Source of the DNA: Convolutriloba macropyga
Taxonomy: Eukaryota
Direction: 5' to 3'
Length of the DNA stretch: 64,000 bases
Assembly (NCBI RefSeq): GCF_964194025.1
Contig: NC_134474.1
Span: 43,152,001-43,216,000 of the forward strand
Part shown: positions 24,601-34,370 of the stretch, in pieces
How positions within the stretch are numbered: position 1 is the stretch's first letter
Layout of the letters: every line of letters starts with the position of its first letter
Program-made: the position numbers and the translations under genes
The notes under the pieces: model-generated
What the model saw: the letters and a program-made list of their open reading frames with translations, nothing else
What the model was told of the DNA's origin: nothing
Database searches by the model: none

Positions 24601-25312
24601 ATTCGAACAAAAAATAGCCGTTAAAAGGCTATCAGCGCCTGTTGTGAGTTAATCTACTAATAGCATAATAGAGTTTCGTCCAAAATTAACCACCAAAACG
24701 GCAAACTTAACAGAAGTATCACGATCATTTCGTGCAACCTTCCTAAGTAAACGTTCCCTTTACTGTTATTTTGTGATTTAAGTTTTTCCTTCGTTTTTCA
24801 GAGCCATATATTTGATTGTTCTTGTTAGGTTACGTATAATTTTGCAAAGCAATTCACCTCAACAAATTAATAGCTCAAGCTGTTATCGAAAATTGTATAG
24901 AATATCAAATAGGAGACAAACAAATAAGTTTTAAACATAACTCAGCAGACTGTCGGGTGCTGAAATACGTCACCGACTTGAACAATCATACGTGACAGTA
25001 GTCTACCGTATTTAATGAACAAAAACTGTTAGACCGGTAACCAAATTTAAAACTGAAAGTACATCATTAGATTTTTTGCTTAATAGACTTAACAGACGTG
25101 GCCCCATCATCTATTTACAATGTATGTACACTCAAGCACAATAAATGTACACTCAAGCACTTCCAATAAATGAATGCAAGCAACCAAAACCTTAAATTAG
25201 TACCCTAACTAGATAATAAGCTCTAAAAATTTGAGGAAGTTTACATTTTTTCGCCAACATTACCTAACTTTAGTAAAGAAATAATTTCAAAAGAAAATGT
25301 TAGATGTATCCT

Positions 25313-25704
25313 TGTGATACCTGGTGGTATATTTATTCATTTTATTTAATTGTTGCAGTAAAATTTATTTGATGCCTTTAAATTAGTTCAATTACTTTCA
25401 CCTTCAATAACTTTGTTCAATTTGTTTACCTTATGATTTCATTCCATTGTCTGATAGTTTCCCGCTTCGTGATCAGACATGTCTGATCACGTATTCACGT
25501 TGTTCCCAAGTGGCTCCAATCTGTTAAATATTTTCCTCCTAATTTATGCAACTCAATTCAGTTTGTAAAACTGTCTCTTGTTCTCCCGCTCCGCAAGTAA
25601 GCGAAACAAAAGTCAAAGTAGATCTCGCTTCGCGAATCGCTCATAAACATTCCGTCTGCACACCCGCAACGCGAATCACCACAGCAAAATAATAAAGTAC
25701 GACA
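25313..25704 (+). repeat. 5' LTR
   Basis: TGTGATAC...GTACGACA; AATAAA near the 3' end. Confidence 0.97.
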
Positions 25705-28700
25705 TGGCGCAGTCAGCAACGAAAAGAACAACTCTTGGAATCGACCCTTTCTGGGACAAACCGACACCGGACCCACCACTTCGATGGGAGAAGTGGAGAG
25801 TTCAAAACAAATTAGCGCTTTTAGCCAAAGAGAATATCATCCTGGACACGCTACTCGGCCCGAAACCTGAAATGGTGGAGCTACCCTTGGAACCCATCTA
25901 TGAAGAGACTATTGTGGGTGCATCTGCACAATCAGAGAGGGAAAGGAACGCGCGCAACGCGCAACAAAAGATGAATTGGCAAAACAAATGCCAACTTTTC
26001 ATCGAGATAGGCATAATGTGTGGTGACAAACCGTGGTCGTTGGCGGACCGAAAATCAGTATCTCTTCTCTACTTGAGTATTGGAATAGAGGAACGCCGTA
26101 TCTTAAATTGTAAGAACCCGCATATTATGATAGATACACTATCAACTCTTAATTTCTGGAAAATCGTAGAAGAAGCATTCATCCGCCCGCGTAACATAAC
26201 ATTTGATAGACACGTCTTTCTGATCACAAAACAACTCAGAGGGGAAACTGTTGAACACTTCTACGGTAAATTAAAAGAACTGGCAGAAAACTGCGACTTT
26301 GAGAACAAAGAAGAAACTCTGATACGCGATGTGTTCATCACAAACCTGATCGACCCTGAGATGCAAAAAGAGCTACTAAAACAAACTGTGGAACCGCGTC
26401 AAGCATTGGAATTGGCAATCAACATGGAACTCGGAATGCGAAATCAACACCAAATTCAACAACATAACAAAATTGTTGTCCCGGCGAACGTAAATGCCGT
26501 ACAGTTCAACAACAATTCACGAAGACCGTATTGGCAGAACAACAATAACAATGCTGCAAGACAGAATAATAGATCAACACTCAACTGTTCCAACTTTGGT
26601 GGAATTTGGCTCCCAAATCATCGCGAAAAATGCATCACAAAAGGAAAGACGTGCAACAATTGCGGATTGTTAAACCACTTTGCAAAAGTCTGCCGCAAAC
26701 AACAAAAAACCATCAACCCAAAACCACAAGATCCCAAGAAAAAGATGGTTCGGGTAGTGGAAGAAGATCCACATCCAGAGGACTCAGTAAACTTTGTTCA
26801 ACCGCCAAAACTCTATGAATCTGATTACAGCAGCGGCGAAGAGGACAACACAGTTGCCATGATTGATTCCGCAGTAGAGAAAGTTGAACCCCTCAATATG
26901 CCACTCAAGATTGGAAACGTTAATACAACCCTGCTCGTGGACTCCGGGAGTGCATGCAGTATATTGCATCATTCACTCGCGTCGCAAGTAGTACAGGACA
27001 GCCCCCGCGCTTTCTGGATCCACAAATCGTCACCAGCACAACTACGAAATTTCTCTAACGAGCCAATACAGGTACTGGGAAAAATCCAAGCTCCAATCAC
27101 AAGCAAAGGATGGGTATGCAACACAGCAACCTTCACCGTTGTTGCTGACGGCTTAAAGTCCTTAATTGGTCGTGATTTGTTCGACCAACTTGGACTTGCT
27201 GTAACGCAATCAACTTTTCAAAAAGGTAATTATGTCAATAACATTGCATCCTTGGAATTTAAAGAGCAAATAGCTACAAAATTCCCTGGTTTGGTATCTC
27301 GCATCGGACGATCAAAAAGTCATGTAGCAAAATCTAAATTTCACAAAAATTTCAAAGCTAGACACCAAAAAGGTAGACGAATTCCTATTAATCTCCAAGA
27401 CAAAGTTAATACAGAACTTCGAGAATTATTAGCCGAAAAACACATTATAAAACTGTCGAGCTGCCCAGATAATTATTTCATTTCACCTATTGTGGTGACT
27501 GTTAAAAAAGACCAAACGATAAAGCTTGCATTGGATTCAAAAGTTTTAAATAAAGCTATCCACAAAAACAAATATCAAATGCCGAATATTGATACGCTCA
27601 TTGAATCAATTTCTCAACAAATAAGCGCTCCCGCCTCGCAAAACACAACTTACTTTTCTACGATCGATCTGAAATACGCATACAGTCAATTGAATTTGGA
27701 TGTTAATACAGCTAATCATTGCAACTTTAATATAATTAGTGGTGATATGACTGGCACGTATAGATTTCAAACAGGATTTTACGGACTTACAGATATGCCA
27801 GCAGAATTTCAAAAAGCTATGGATTATACTTTAATTGGCTTGAAAAATACATATTGCTTTCTGGATGATATTTTAATTGTTAGCAAAGGGTCTTTGAATA
27901 ATCACAAAAATTACGTCATGAAGTGCCTACAACGTTTAGATGATGAAAACCTTAGGATAAATTTACCTAAATGTCACTTTGGAAAACTAAAAATTGACTG
28001 GCTTGGGTATCATATATCACAAGAGGGTATCTCGCCTCTCGAATCTAAGACTGCGGCAATTTTGGCTCTTGATGCACCGAAAACATTAAAGAAACTCCGT
28101 TCATTTTTGGGATCCGTCCATTATATTGGGAAATTCATCCCAAATTTAGCCCAAATAAGCCACCCCCTTCGTCCGCTACTGAGAAAGTCTTCAAAATTCA
28201 TTTGGATGACTGAGCATGAAAATTGTTTCCAAGAAATAAAAACCCGCATAGCGAACGCTACTGCTAATAGTCACTACAACCCGCAACTCGAAACACGCGT
28301 GAAATGCGACGCATCTCGGTCAGGTCTTGGTGCGGCGCTCGAACAATTAACTGTAGATGGGTGGAAACCAATTGCGTTCGCGTCTCGATTTTTAAACTCA
28401 TGCGAGGAGCGCTATAGCGTAAACGAACTTGATTTTTTGGGTGTAGTCTGGTCCACAGAATATTTCAAAAATTATCTGTATGGAAAACAATTTAAAGTAA
28501 TTACTGATCACAGAGCACTTCTCTCAATTATGAAAGAACACCGATCTAATAAATCCTACAACACTAGATTAACCCGATGGGTAGATCGTCTTCTCCATTT
28601 TCAATTTGATATTGAACACCTTCCTGGGGCAAAAATGGGTTTGGTAGATTATATTTCTCGCAATCCATCTCAAAAAGCTAAAAAGGTCTCCACATATGAT

Positions 28701-30737
28701 GAAGAATTTATAGTAGCAAAGTTGAAACTAATCTCGAAATCAATTAACACATTAGAATTAAAAACTGAACACCCCACATCACGTTTACACCAGTTACTAA
28801 CAAATCATACACTCGACCTGCAAAACACACCTAAAATTGAGACACATAACTCCCCACACCAATTCACACCTAAATTTGAGTCTCTTAATAACTCAATAAA
28901 TTCACTTAGCACACGCGCTATGCAAGTATGCGAACATGTATTTAGTCATCCACTCGCTCCGCGAAATCATACCTCAAATAGTAGTTACCAATTAAACAAT
29001 TTAAAATATGCACCACTCGCGTCTCAAAATCCACTTAGCACTCCTCTCGCTCTGCAAAACACCAGTAATAACAAACAATTAATCCAAATTAGGAATAAAG
29101 TGGCATACGCGCAGCACAAGCATCAAATTACTCAATTACAAATCCCGCCAATCGAATCACATTCCGAAAATAACTCCAAAAGTCACCACCCAGAATTCAA
29201 ATCAGTGCTTTTTGCCCCTTGTCGATCTAGAATTCAGTCGCATTCTTCTAATCTCAAAAACTTAACTAAATCATCATCCATAATTAAAGACATCAATTTA
29301 ATAGCTAACAGTATGCCGTCAAAGAAAAGAATAACCAGAGTACGATTCAACGATACATCCCGCGCAGCGGATCAACCCTCAACCAGTGAAAACGTCACGC
29401 GCACCGCGAGTACGCGATCTAATTCAACATCTACACCCCGCACAGCAAATCAACGCCCGCAAACCATTAGTATTCCGCCGGCAACAAGCATGGCACACAA
29501 CATAACCCCAACATCCCCGACCCATTCTTCGAATGCTAGTACCCCGTTAACGCCGAGCCCGCACGTCCCCACGTTTGATTATATAGTATCAAAGATATTC
29601 AGTAAAACGCTCATCGCTTCTCTAACTAGCAAAGATGCCGTCTTAAAAGAAGTCAGGGATTGCATACTGACAAATAACGAAGCCCGATTAAAAGCCATCA
29701 ACCCGTACATACATTCGTACTGGAGGGACCTTCACGTGCGCTCCGGCTGCGTATGCATAGACGAGAAGGTAGCTATCCCCAACGTGCTTCGCGAAGCACT
29801 CACAGATGATATTCATGCCAGCCATCCAGGTACATGGGGCATGATTTGTATGGCAACACATTGCTGGTGGCCTTACATGCATCGGGAGCTAATAGTAAAG
29901 GCCACTGAGTGCAAACCGTGCACAGTAATTGGTAAGAATCTAATATCCGTAATTCCCGCTAAGAAATTTACTCCTCATGTACCATGTGTTGAACCTAATC
30001 ATGAAATTCAAATCGATTTTGGGGGACCAATTTTTGATGAAAAGAACAATGAAGTATATTTTTTGGCAGCAATTGACCGTTTTTCTAAACATCCAATTGC
30101 ATACATGTACGAAAAAGCTAATGGACCAAATGTTCTAAAATTTTTGGACATGTACATCGAAACTCACGGAATTCCAAGATCTATCCGTTTAGACCAAGCT
30201 AAATGTTTAATTGGACATCAAGTAAAGACTTTTTGCAATAAAAACAACATTGAAAATATTGAAGCGCCTGTAAATGATCACCGTGCTATTGGGTTGGTGG
30301 AACGATTAATTCAAACAATTAAGAATAGACTCGCATTTATCAAAGAAGAGAAATTAGCTGCACACGCCTTTCATGTAAAGCATGCATTAAAGATAATCAT
30401 TCACCAATTGCGAATATGTAAACAAAGAACAACAAAGATCTCGCCCTTCGAAGCACATTTTGGGAGAAAACCTAATACCCCGCTAAGCGTGATTGCAACC
30501 AAACCGAATTTGATGAATTTGTCGTATAAGCGTATCATAAATCACTATTTAGACGAAGAAACAGTGATGCCGGAGGAAATATTGCCTGACGACAAATGGA
30601 TAAGTGGATACCGAAGCGACATTGAAGTCGAAAAGGGCATGACACGCGCCACAACGGAAGCAAGCGCAAGAGAGAGGGCGAGCACGGATGGCGAATCCAG
30701 ATTCCTCAAACAAAAGCAATCCGCCCCATTCCCCTAA
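25704..30737 (+). CDS. Single-ORF Gag-Pol polyprotein (Gag with zinc knuckle, protease, RT, RNase H, long linker, integrase)
   Basis: CNNCGLLNHFAKVC knuckle; LVDSGS protease; IDLKYAYSQL and FLDD RT; CDAS...TDH RNase H; HASH...CKPC HHCC; IQIDF...RLDQ...GLVER integrase DDE. Confidence 0.97.
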   Translation: MAQSATKRTTLGIDPFWDKPTPDPPLRWEKWRVQNKLALLAKENIILDTLLGPKPEMVELPLEPIYEETIVGASAQSERERNARNAQQKMNWQNKCQLFIEIGIMCGDKPWSLADRKSVSLLYLSIGIEERRILNCKNPHIMIDTLSTLNFWKIVEEAFIRPRNITFDRHVFLITKQLRGETVEHFYGKLKELAENCDFENKEETLIRDVFITNLIDPEMQKELLKQTVEPRQALELAINMELGMRNQHQIQQHNKIVVPANVNAVQFNNNSRRPYWQNNNNNAARQNNRSTLNCSNFGGIWLPNHREKCITKGKTCNNCGLLNHFAKVCRKQQKTINPKPQDPKKKMVRVVEEDPHPEDSVNFVQPPKLYESDYSSGEEDNTVAMIDSAVEKVEPLNMPLKIGNVNTTLLVDSGSACSILHHSLASQVVQDSPRAFWIHKSSPAQLRNFSNEPIQVLGKIQAPITSKGWVCNTATFTVVADGLKSLIGRDLFDQLGLAVTQSTFQKGNYVNNIASLEFKEQIATKFPGLVSRIGRSKSHVAKSKFHKNFKARHQKGRRIPINLQDKVNTELRELLAEKHIIKLSSCPDNYFISPIVVTVKKDQTIKLALDSKVLNKAIHKNKYQMPNIDTLIESISQQISAPASQNTTYFSTIDLKYAYSQLNLDVNTANHCNFNIISGDMTGTYRFQTGFYGLTDMPAEFQKAMDYTLIGLKNTYCFLDDILIVSKGSLNNHKNYVMKCLQRLDDENLRINLPKCHFGKLKIDWLGYHISQEGISPLESKTAAILALDAPKTLKKLRSFLGSVHYIGKFIPNLAQISHPLRPLLRKSSKFIWMTEHENCFQEIKTRIANATANSHYNPQLETRVKCDASRSGLGAALEQLTVDGWKPIAFASRFLNSCEERYSVNELDFLGVVWSTEYFKNYLYGKQFKVITDHRALLSIMKEHRSNKSYNTRLTRWVDRLLHFQFDIEHLPGAKMGLVDYISRNPSQKAKKVSTYDEEFIVAKLKLISKSINTLELKTEHPTSRLHQLLTNHTLDLQNTPKIETHNSPHQFTPKFESLNNSINSLSTRAMQVCEHVFSHPLAPRNHTSNSSYQLNNLKYAPLASQNPLSTPLALQNTSNNKQLIQIRNKVAYAQHKHQITQLQIPPIESHSENNSKSHHPEFKSVLFAPCRSRIQSHSSNLKNLTKSSSIIKDINLIANSMPSKKRITRVRFNDTSRAADQPSTSENVTRTASTRSNSTSTPRTANQRPQTISIPPATSMAHNITPTSPTHSSNASTPLTPSPHVPTFDYIVSKIFSKTLIASLTSKDAVLKEVRDCILTNNEARLKAINPYIHSYWRDLHVRSGCVCIDEKVAIPNVLREALTDDIHASHPGTWGMICMATHCWWPYMHRELIVKATECKPCTVIGKNLISVIPAKKFTPHVPCVEPNHEIQIDFGGPIFDEKNNEVYFLAAIDRFSKHPIAYMYEKANGPNVLKFLDMYIETHGIPRSIRLDQAKCLIGHQVKTFCNKNNIENIEAPVNDHRAIGLVERLIQTIKNRLAFIKEEKLAAHAFHVKHALKIIIHQLRICKQRTTKISPFEAHFGRKPNTPLSVIATKPNLMNLSYKRIINHYLDEETVMPEEILPDDKWISGYRSDIEVEKGMTRATTEASARERASTDGESRFLKQKQSAPFP
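25705..25718 (+). promoter_or_regulatory. Primer-binding site, probably tRNA-Ser
   Basis: TGGCGCAGTCAGCA directly after the LTR is complementary to ...UGCUGACUGCGCCA, an invertebrate tRNA-Ser 3' end recalled from memory. Confidence 0.8.
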
Positions 30738-31585
30738 AAGAACGATCGGTAGAGTTAAATTTGGCTCGCAAAATTCACGGCAAAAGACGATCCAAGAAGA
30801 AACTTGAAGGTCTTTATGAGGTTCTCGACCCAGGATCGCACATCCTAAAAGTAAGCCCGACTACATCGACCATCAAGGAGCCGGGCAAACAAATTGTTAC
30901 CGTCCGCAATAGCGATATTGCCAAATTCGGCACCCAACAGGAGAGACAGACTCCATTAAAAGTATATGCTGAGAGACGCAGGCCACGTTCTGGGGAGAAA
31001 ACCGTCGAAGAGTTGATCCACAGCCACATTAAAGAGTTCACCCGAAAGCAAAAGGGTAATAAAAAGATGAAACATAGGAAGAGAGAGCCGGGCAGCGGAG
31101 TCTCTTCACAGCGCTCAAACATTTCTCGCGCGATGCGGGGGCGAGTTCCAAATTTGCCAAATTTTGCCGCAATCCGAAACGCACAACCTCCACTCGAGAT
31201 CAGCGAACCGACTACAAATGCGCCTACTGATCCACCCGCAACAGCATCTTCAAAACGATCTTCTGACCGTAATAGGCGAAGCCCGTCATATTATGGTTTC
31301 GAAACGTCATCTCCAGGATCAGACATCCTACCACCATCTAAACGACCCCGACGAGCGGGTGATGTCGAAAATTTTGCACCACCTGTCACCGTTGTCGAAT
31401 CGGTACAACAAATCCTGGAACTCCAACCCGAAGAGCAAAACGTGTCACCTCAGATTGGTTCTGTCTCGCCTCCCGCGGTACGAAATGTACCTTTGCTAGA
31501 GACGGACACCCCGACATTGGCTAGATCTATGACTGCTCTTGATGCAGAGGAACAAGATTATGAAAATGAAGATTGGACCTTGTAA
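30710..31585 (+). CDS. C-terminal continuation of integrase in the -1 frame (GPY/F-like motif plus basic, disordered tail)
   Basis: Frame is open from 30710 (TKAIRPIPLKERSVELNLARK...LEGLYEVL), overlapping the end of the main ORF; most simply a 1-nt deletion in this copy. Confidence 0.75.
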   Translation, partial: TKAIRPIPLKERSVELNLARKIHGKRRSKKKLEGLYEVLDPGSHILKVSPTTSTIKEPGKQIVTVRNSDIAKFGTQQERQTPLKVYAERRRPRSGEKTVEELIHSHIKEFTRKQKGNKKMKHRKREPGSGVSSQRSNISRAMRGRVPNLPNFAAIRNAQPPLEISEPTTNAPTDPPATASSKRSSDRNRRSPSYYGFETSSPGSDILPPSKRPRRAGDVENFAPPVTVVESVQQILELQPEEQNVSPQIGSVSPPAVRNVPLLETDTPTLARSMTALDAEEQDYENEDWTL

Positions 31586-31768
31586 AACTTGAAAACTAAA
31601 AAGACATTTTATATTGTATTAATCATCGTATTTTTAGTTATGATAACCAGCAAATATATTGATATTATCTATTTAACCGGGGACCTTGTATTAATTTGTA
31701 AATATTGTTATTATTAATTATCTCTGAAAAATTGTATATTACAATTATTCTTCTTGCTGTGAAGGGTA

Positions 31769-32160
31769 TGTGATACCTGGTGGTATATTTATTCATTTTA
31801 TTTAATCGTTGCAGTAAAATTTATTTGATGCCTTTAAATTAGTTCAATTACTTTCACCTTCACTAACTTTGTTCAATTTGTTTACCTTATGATTTCATTC
31901 CATTGTCTGATAGTTTCCCGCTTCGTGATCAGACATGTCTGATCACGTATTCACGTTGTTCCCAAGTGGCTCCAATCTGTTAAATTCATTCCTCCTAATT
32001 TTTGCAACTCAATTCAGTTTGTAAAACTGTCTCTTGTTCTCCCGCTCCGCAAGTAAGCGAAACAAAAGTTAAAGTAGATCTCGCTTCGCGAATCGCTCAT
32101 AAACATTCCGTCTGCATACCCGCAACGCGAATCACCACAGCAAAATAATAAAGTACGACA
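31769..32160 (+). repeat. 3' LTR
   Basis: Direct repeat of 25313-25704, preceded by GAAGGG. Confidence 0.97.
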
Positions 32161-33076
32161 ATCCTAACAAGAAAGTCTGATAGCAGTAACCAAATCAATT
32201 CATATCGAGTTACTGTTTTTAGGCAAAATTTAACTACAGCCTCCTCTGAAAGCACCCAAAAAGCAAAATTTTGTCACACAGGGAAACTTTTCTGGATAGA
32301 ATATGGACTAAGAGAAAATGGTTGCTATCTTAGAATAAACAAATATTCATAACTAATTACTTCCAAATACTTGTGTATAAAACAAATTGGAAAACAAGAC
32401 GAAAATTCGTTTCCTTTTTCATTGTTTTATAACTAAGCGTATAGATATTAAAACAAAGCACCTAAAAATTACCATTTTGTGCGACAAAAAAGTTGCAAAA
32501 GTTTAAAAATTCACCCTAAATAACGACAAACAATCTTTGTTTATTTATTACAAGTTCATCAACAATCCGCGTTAAAATTGTTTCATAACATATGCAAGTT
32601 ATAATCCTGATTTTTACAAAACTTTGAAAATTTGCACACGCCGAATAGTTATATTGAGCTCTAGTTCACTAAATTATACTTAAAAACTTGAGAAAATTGT
32701 GATTTCAATGAAGATTGACATTAATTTTTTGATCATTACTATTACACTTGGTCACAATATACGTAAAACTAATAGTTATAAAACAGATAAGCAAAAGCAA
32801 TATATGTTAATTCTCATTAAATTTGATAAAACAAACCTAATTTCAGCAAAACTTTAGAAGCTATCCGTACTCCAATTAGTGTTTTTGAAATAGGACCAAT
32901 TGTTTAAGCAAATTGTCTAAAACTTTTCTAAAATTCATAAAACTTTTGATCTTTTTCAAGCCTCAATTTCTTTTGATTAAACTTTTGTATTGTTTCCATT
33001 CGTTTATGTTATCTTTTTATATATAAACTTCCTTAAACAATACAAGTAATCATTGAACAAAAACCTTAAAATAAAA

Positions 33077-34370
33077 ATGGCGAACATTGTAGCATACCCA
33101 GACATTTCACTTGAGAAATTTACAAGCGTAGACCCAAGTGAGGACGTAGAAGAATTTCTAAGTTTACTAGAGCGGAAAATCGAATATTCGTTAGGAGTTA
33201 GACCAGGAGCAGGAGACGCTCAAAATGCATATGACGCACGCAGAAAAGCACTATTTGGCTCAGTCCTAAGAGGAACAGCAGCCCAATGGTTCGATTCTTC
33301 GCCGCCAGCAGAGCCATGGGAGGATGTTAAAACAGGTTTTTTAAATAGATTCACAGACGAGAATGACAAGTACAGAAAACGAATTGAGGTAGAAAACATT
33401 CGGTAGACAACCAGACGAGTTATAAAAAAGTTATGTACACAGACTAGCAAAAGCAGTGGAAAAAAGATGGCAGGACCCATTCAGAGACGTTCAAAGGCAA
33501 ACTAATTTTATGAAATTCTTATAAGAGGACTAACTCCTCCAGCACCTAAACAAAAAACGCATCAATTTTTGATAGAAACACCTCATTCAACATGGGAACC
33601 ACTTAGAAATTATGTGAGCACTAAAGATTTAGGTTTTGAAGTGAGTAGTGGTTTCAAAGGCACAGCTTCAAGCAGGATAGATAACAAAATAGAGATAGAT
33701 CGTATAAAATACCAGCTTCAAGAATTAGCAATTTTAATGAAAAAAAAAACAGAATTAGCGCAGCCCACAATCCAAATGAGCCTAGAAACGAGCAAAATCA
33801 CAGACGATTTTGCAAATTTTTTCAGAAAATCGGGTCAGACAATAGCATATTGTTCTGCGAACAGAGCCTTTCAAGAACAAAAAAGACAGCAACCTCAGCA
33901 AAGAGATAAGTTCAGAGATCTATCAAAGCCATAGAGGACGTCGTCCAAGAGAAGATAGTTATGAAAGGAATCAAAACAGATATTGACAGAACTACAGACC
34001 AAGAAACAGTTACTACAGCCAAGACAACCACAGACAATACTCTATTTATCCTAGATCTCAGAAAAATAATTTCAGAAATCGCCCACAAAGCTTTGAGAAT
34101 CAAAATCGGCGCTAGAGTATTAGATCCAGTGACCGTAGACCCCAGGACTACAGAAAATATTCAAGGGAACGACAATATGATCAAAACGATTTCCAAACAA
34201 GTTATCGTGAGTCGAACAGTCTATGACAGGATTATGGGAGAAGTAACAGTTCTAACCGAAATTCTAGAGATAACAGCAGAGAACGTAATTCAAACAGAGA
34301 TCAATTCAGAGATATTAAAGTTAACAGATTTTTTGTGGACGATCAACAAAAAGAAATTAATTTCAACTAG
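33077..34370 (+). pseudogene. gag of a large decayed Gypsy element
   Basis: MANIVAYPDISLEKF...DVEEFL...LRGTAAQWF...WEDVKTGFLNRF capsid-like motifs; decayed zinc knuckle near 33805-33855; R/N/Q-rich tail. Confidence 0.85.

Larger units (their letters stand above)
25313..32160 (+). mobile_element. Young Ty3/Gypsy LTR retrotransposon, full length (6848 bp)
   Basis: Two 392-bp LTRs with TG...CA ends and about 8 mismatches by eye; TSD ATCCT (25308-25312 and 32161-32165); PBS; short purine tract; gag-PR-RT-RH-IN order. Confidence 0.98.

Noticed and set aside
30702-30716. Programmed -1 frameshift at the end of the main Gypsy ORF
   Set aside because: No canonical X XXY YYZ heptamer; a single-base deletion is simpler.
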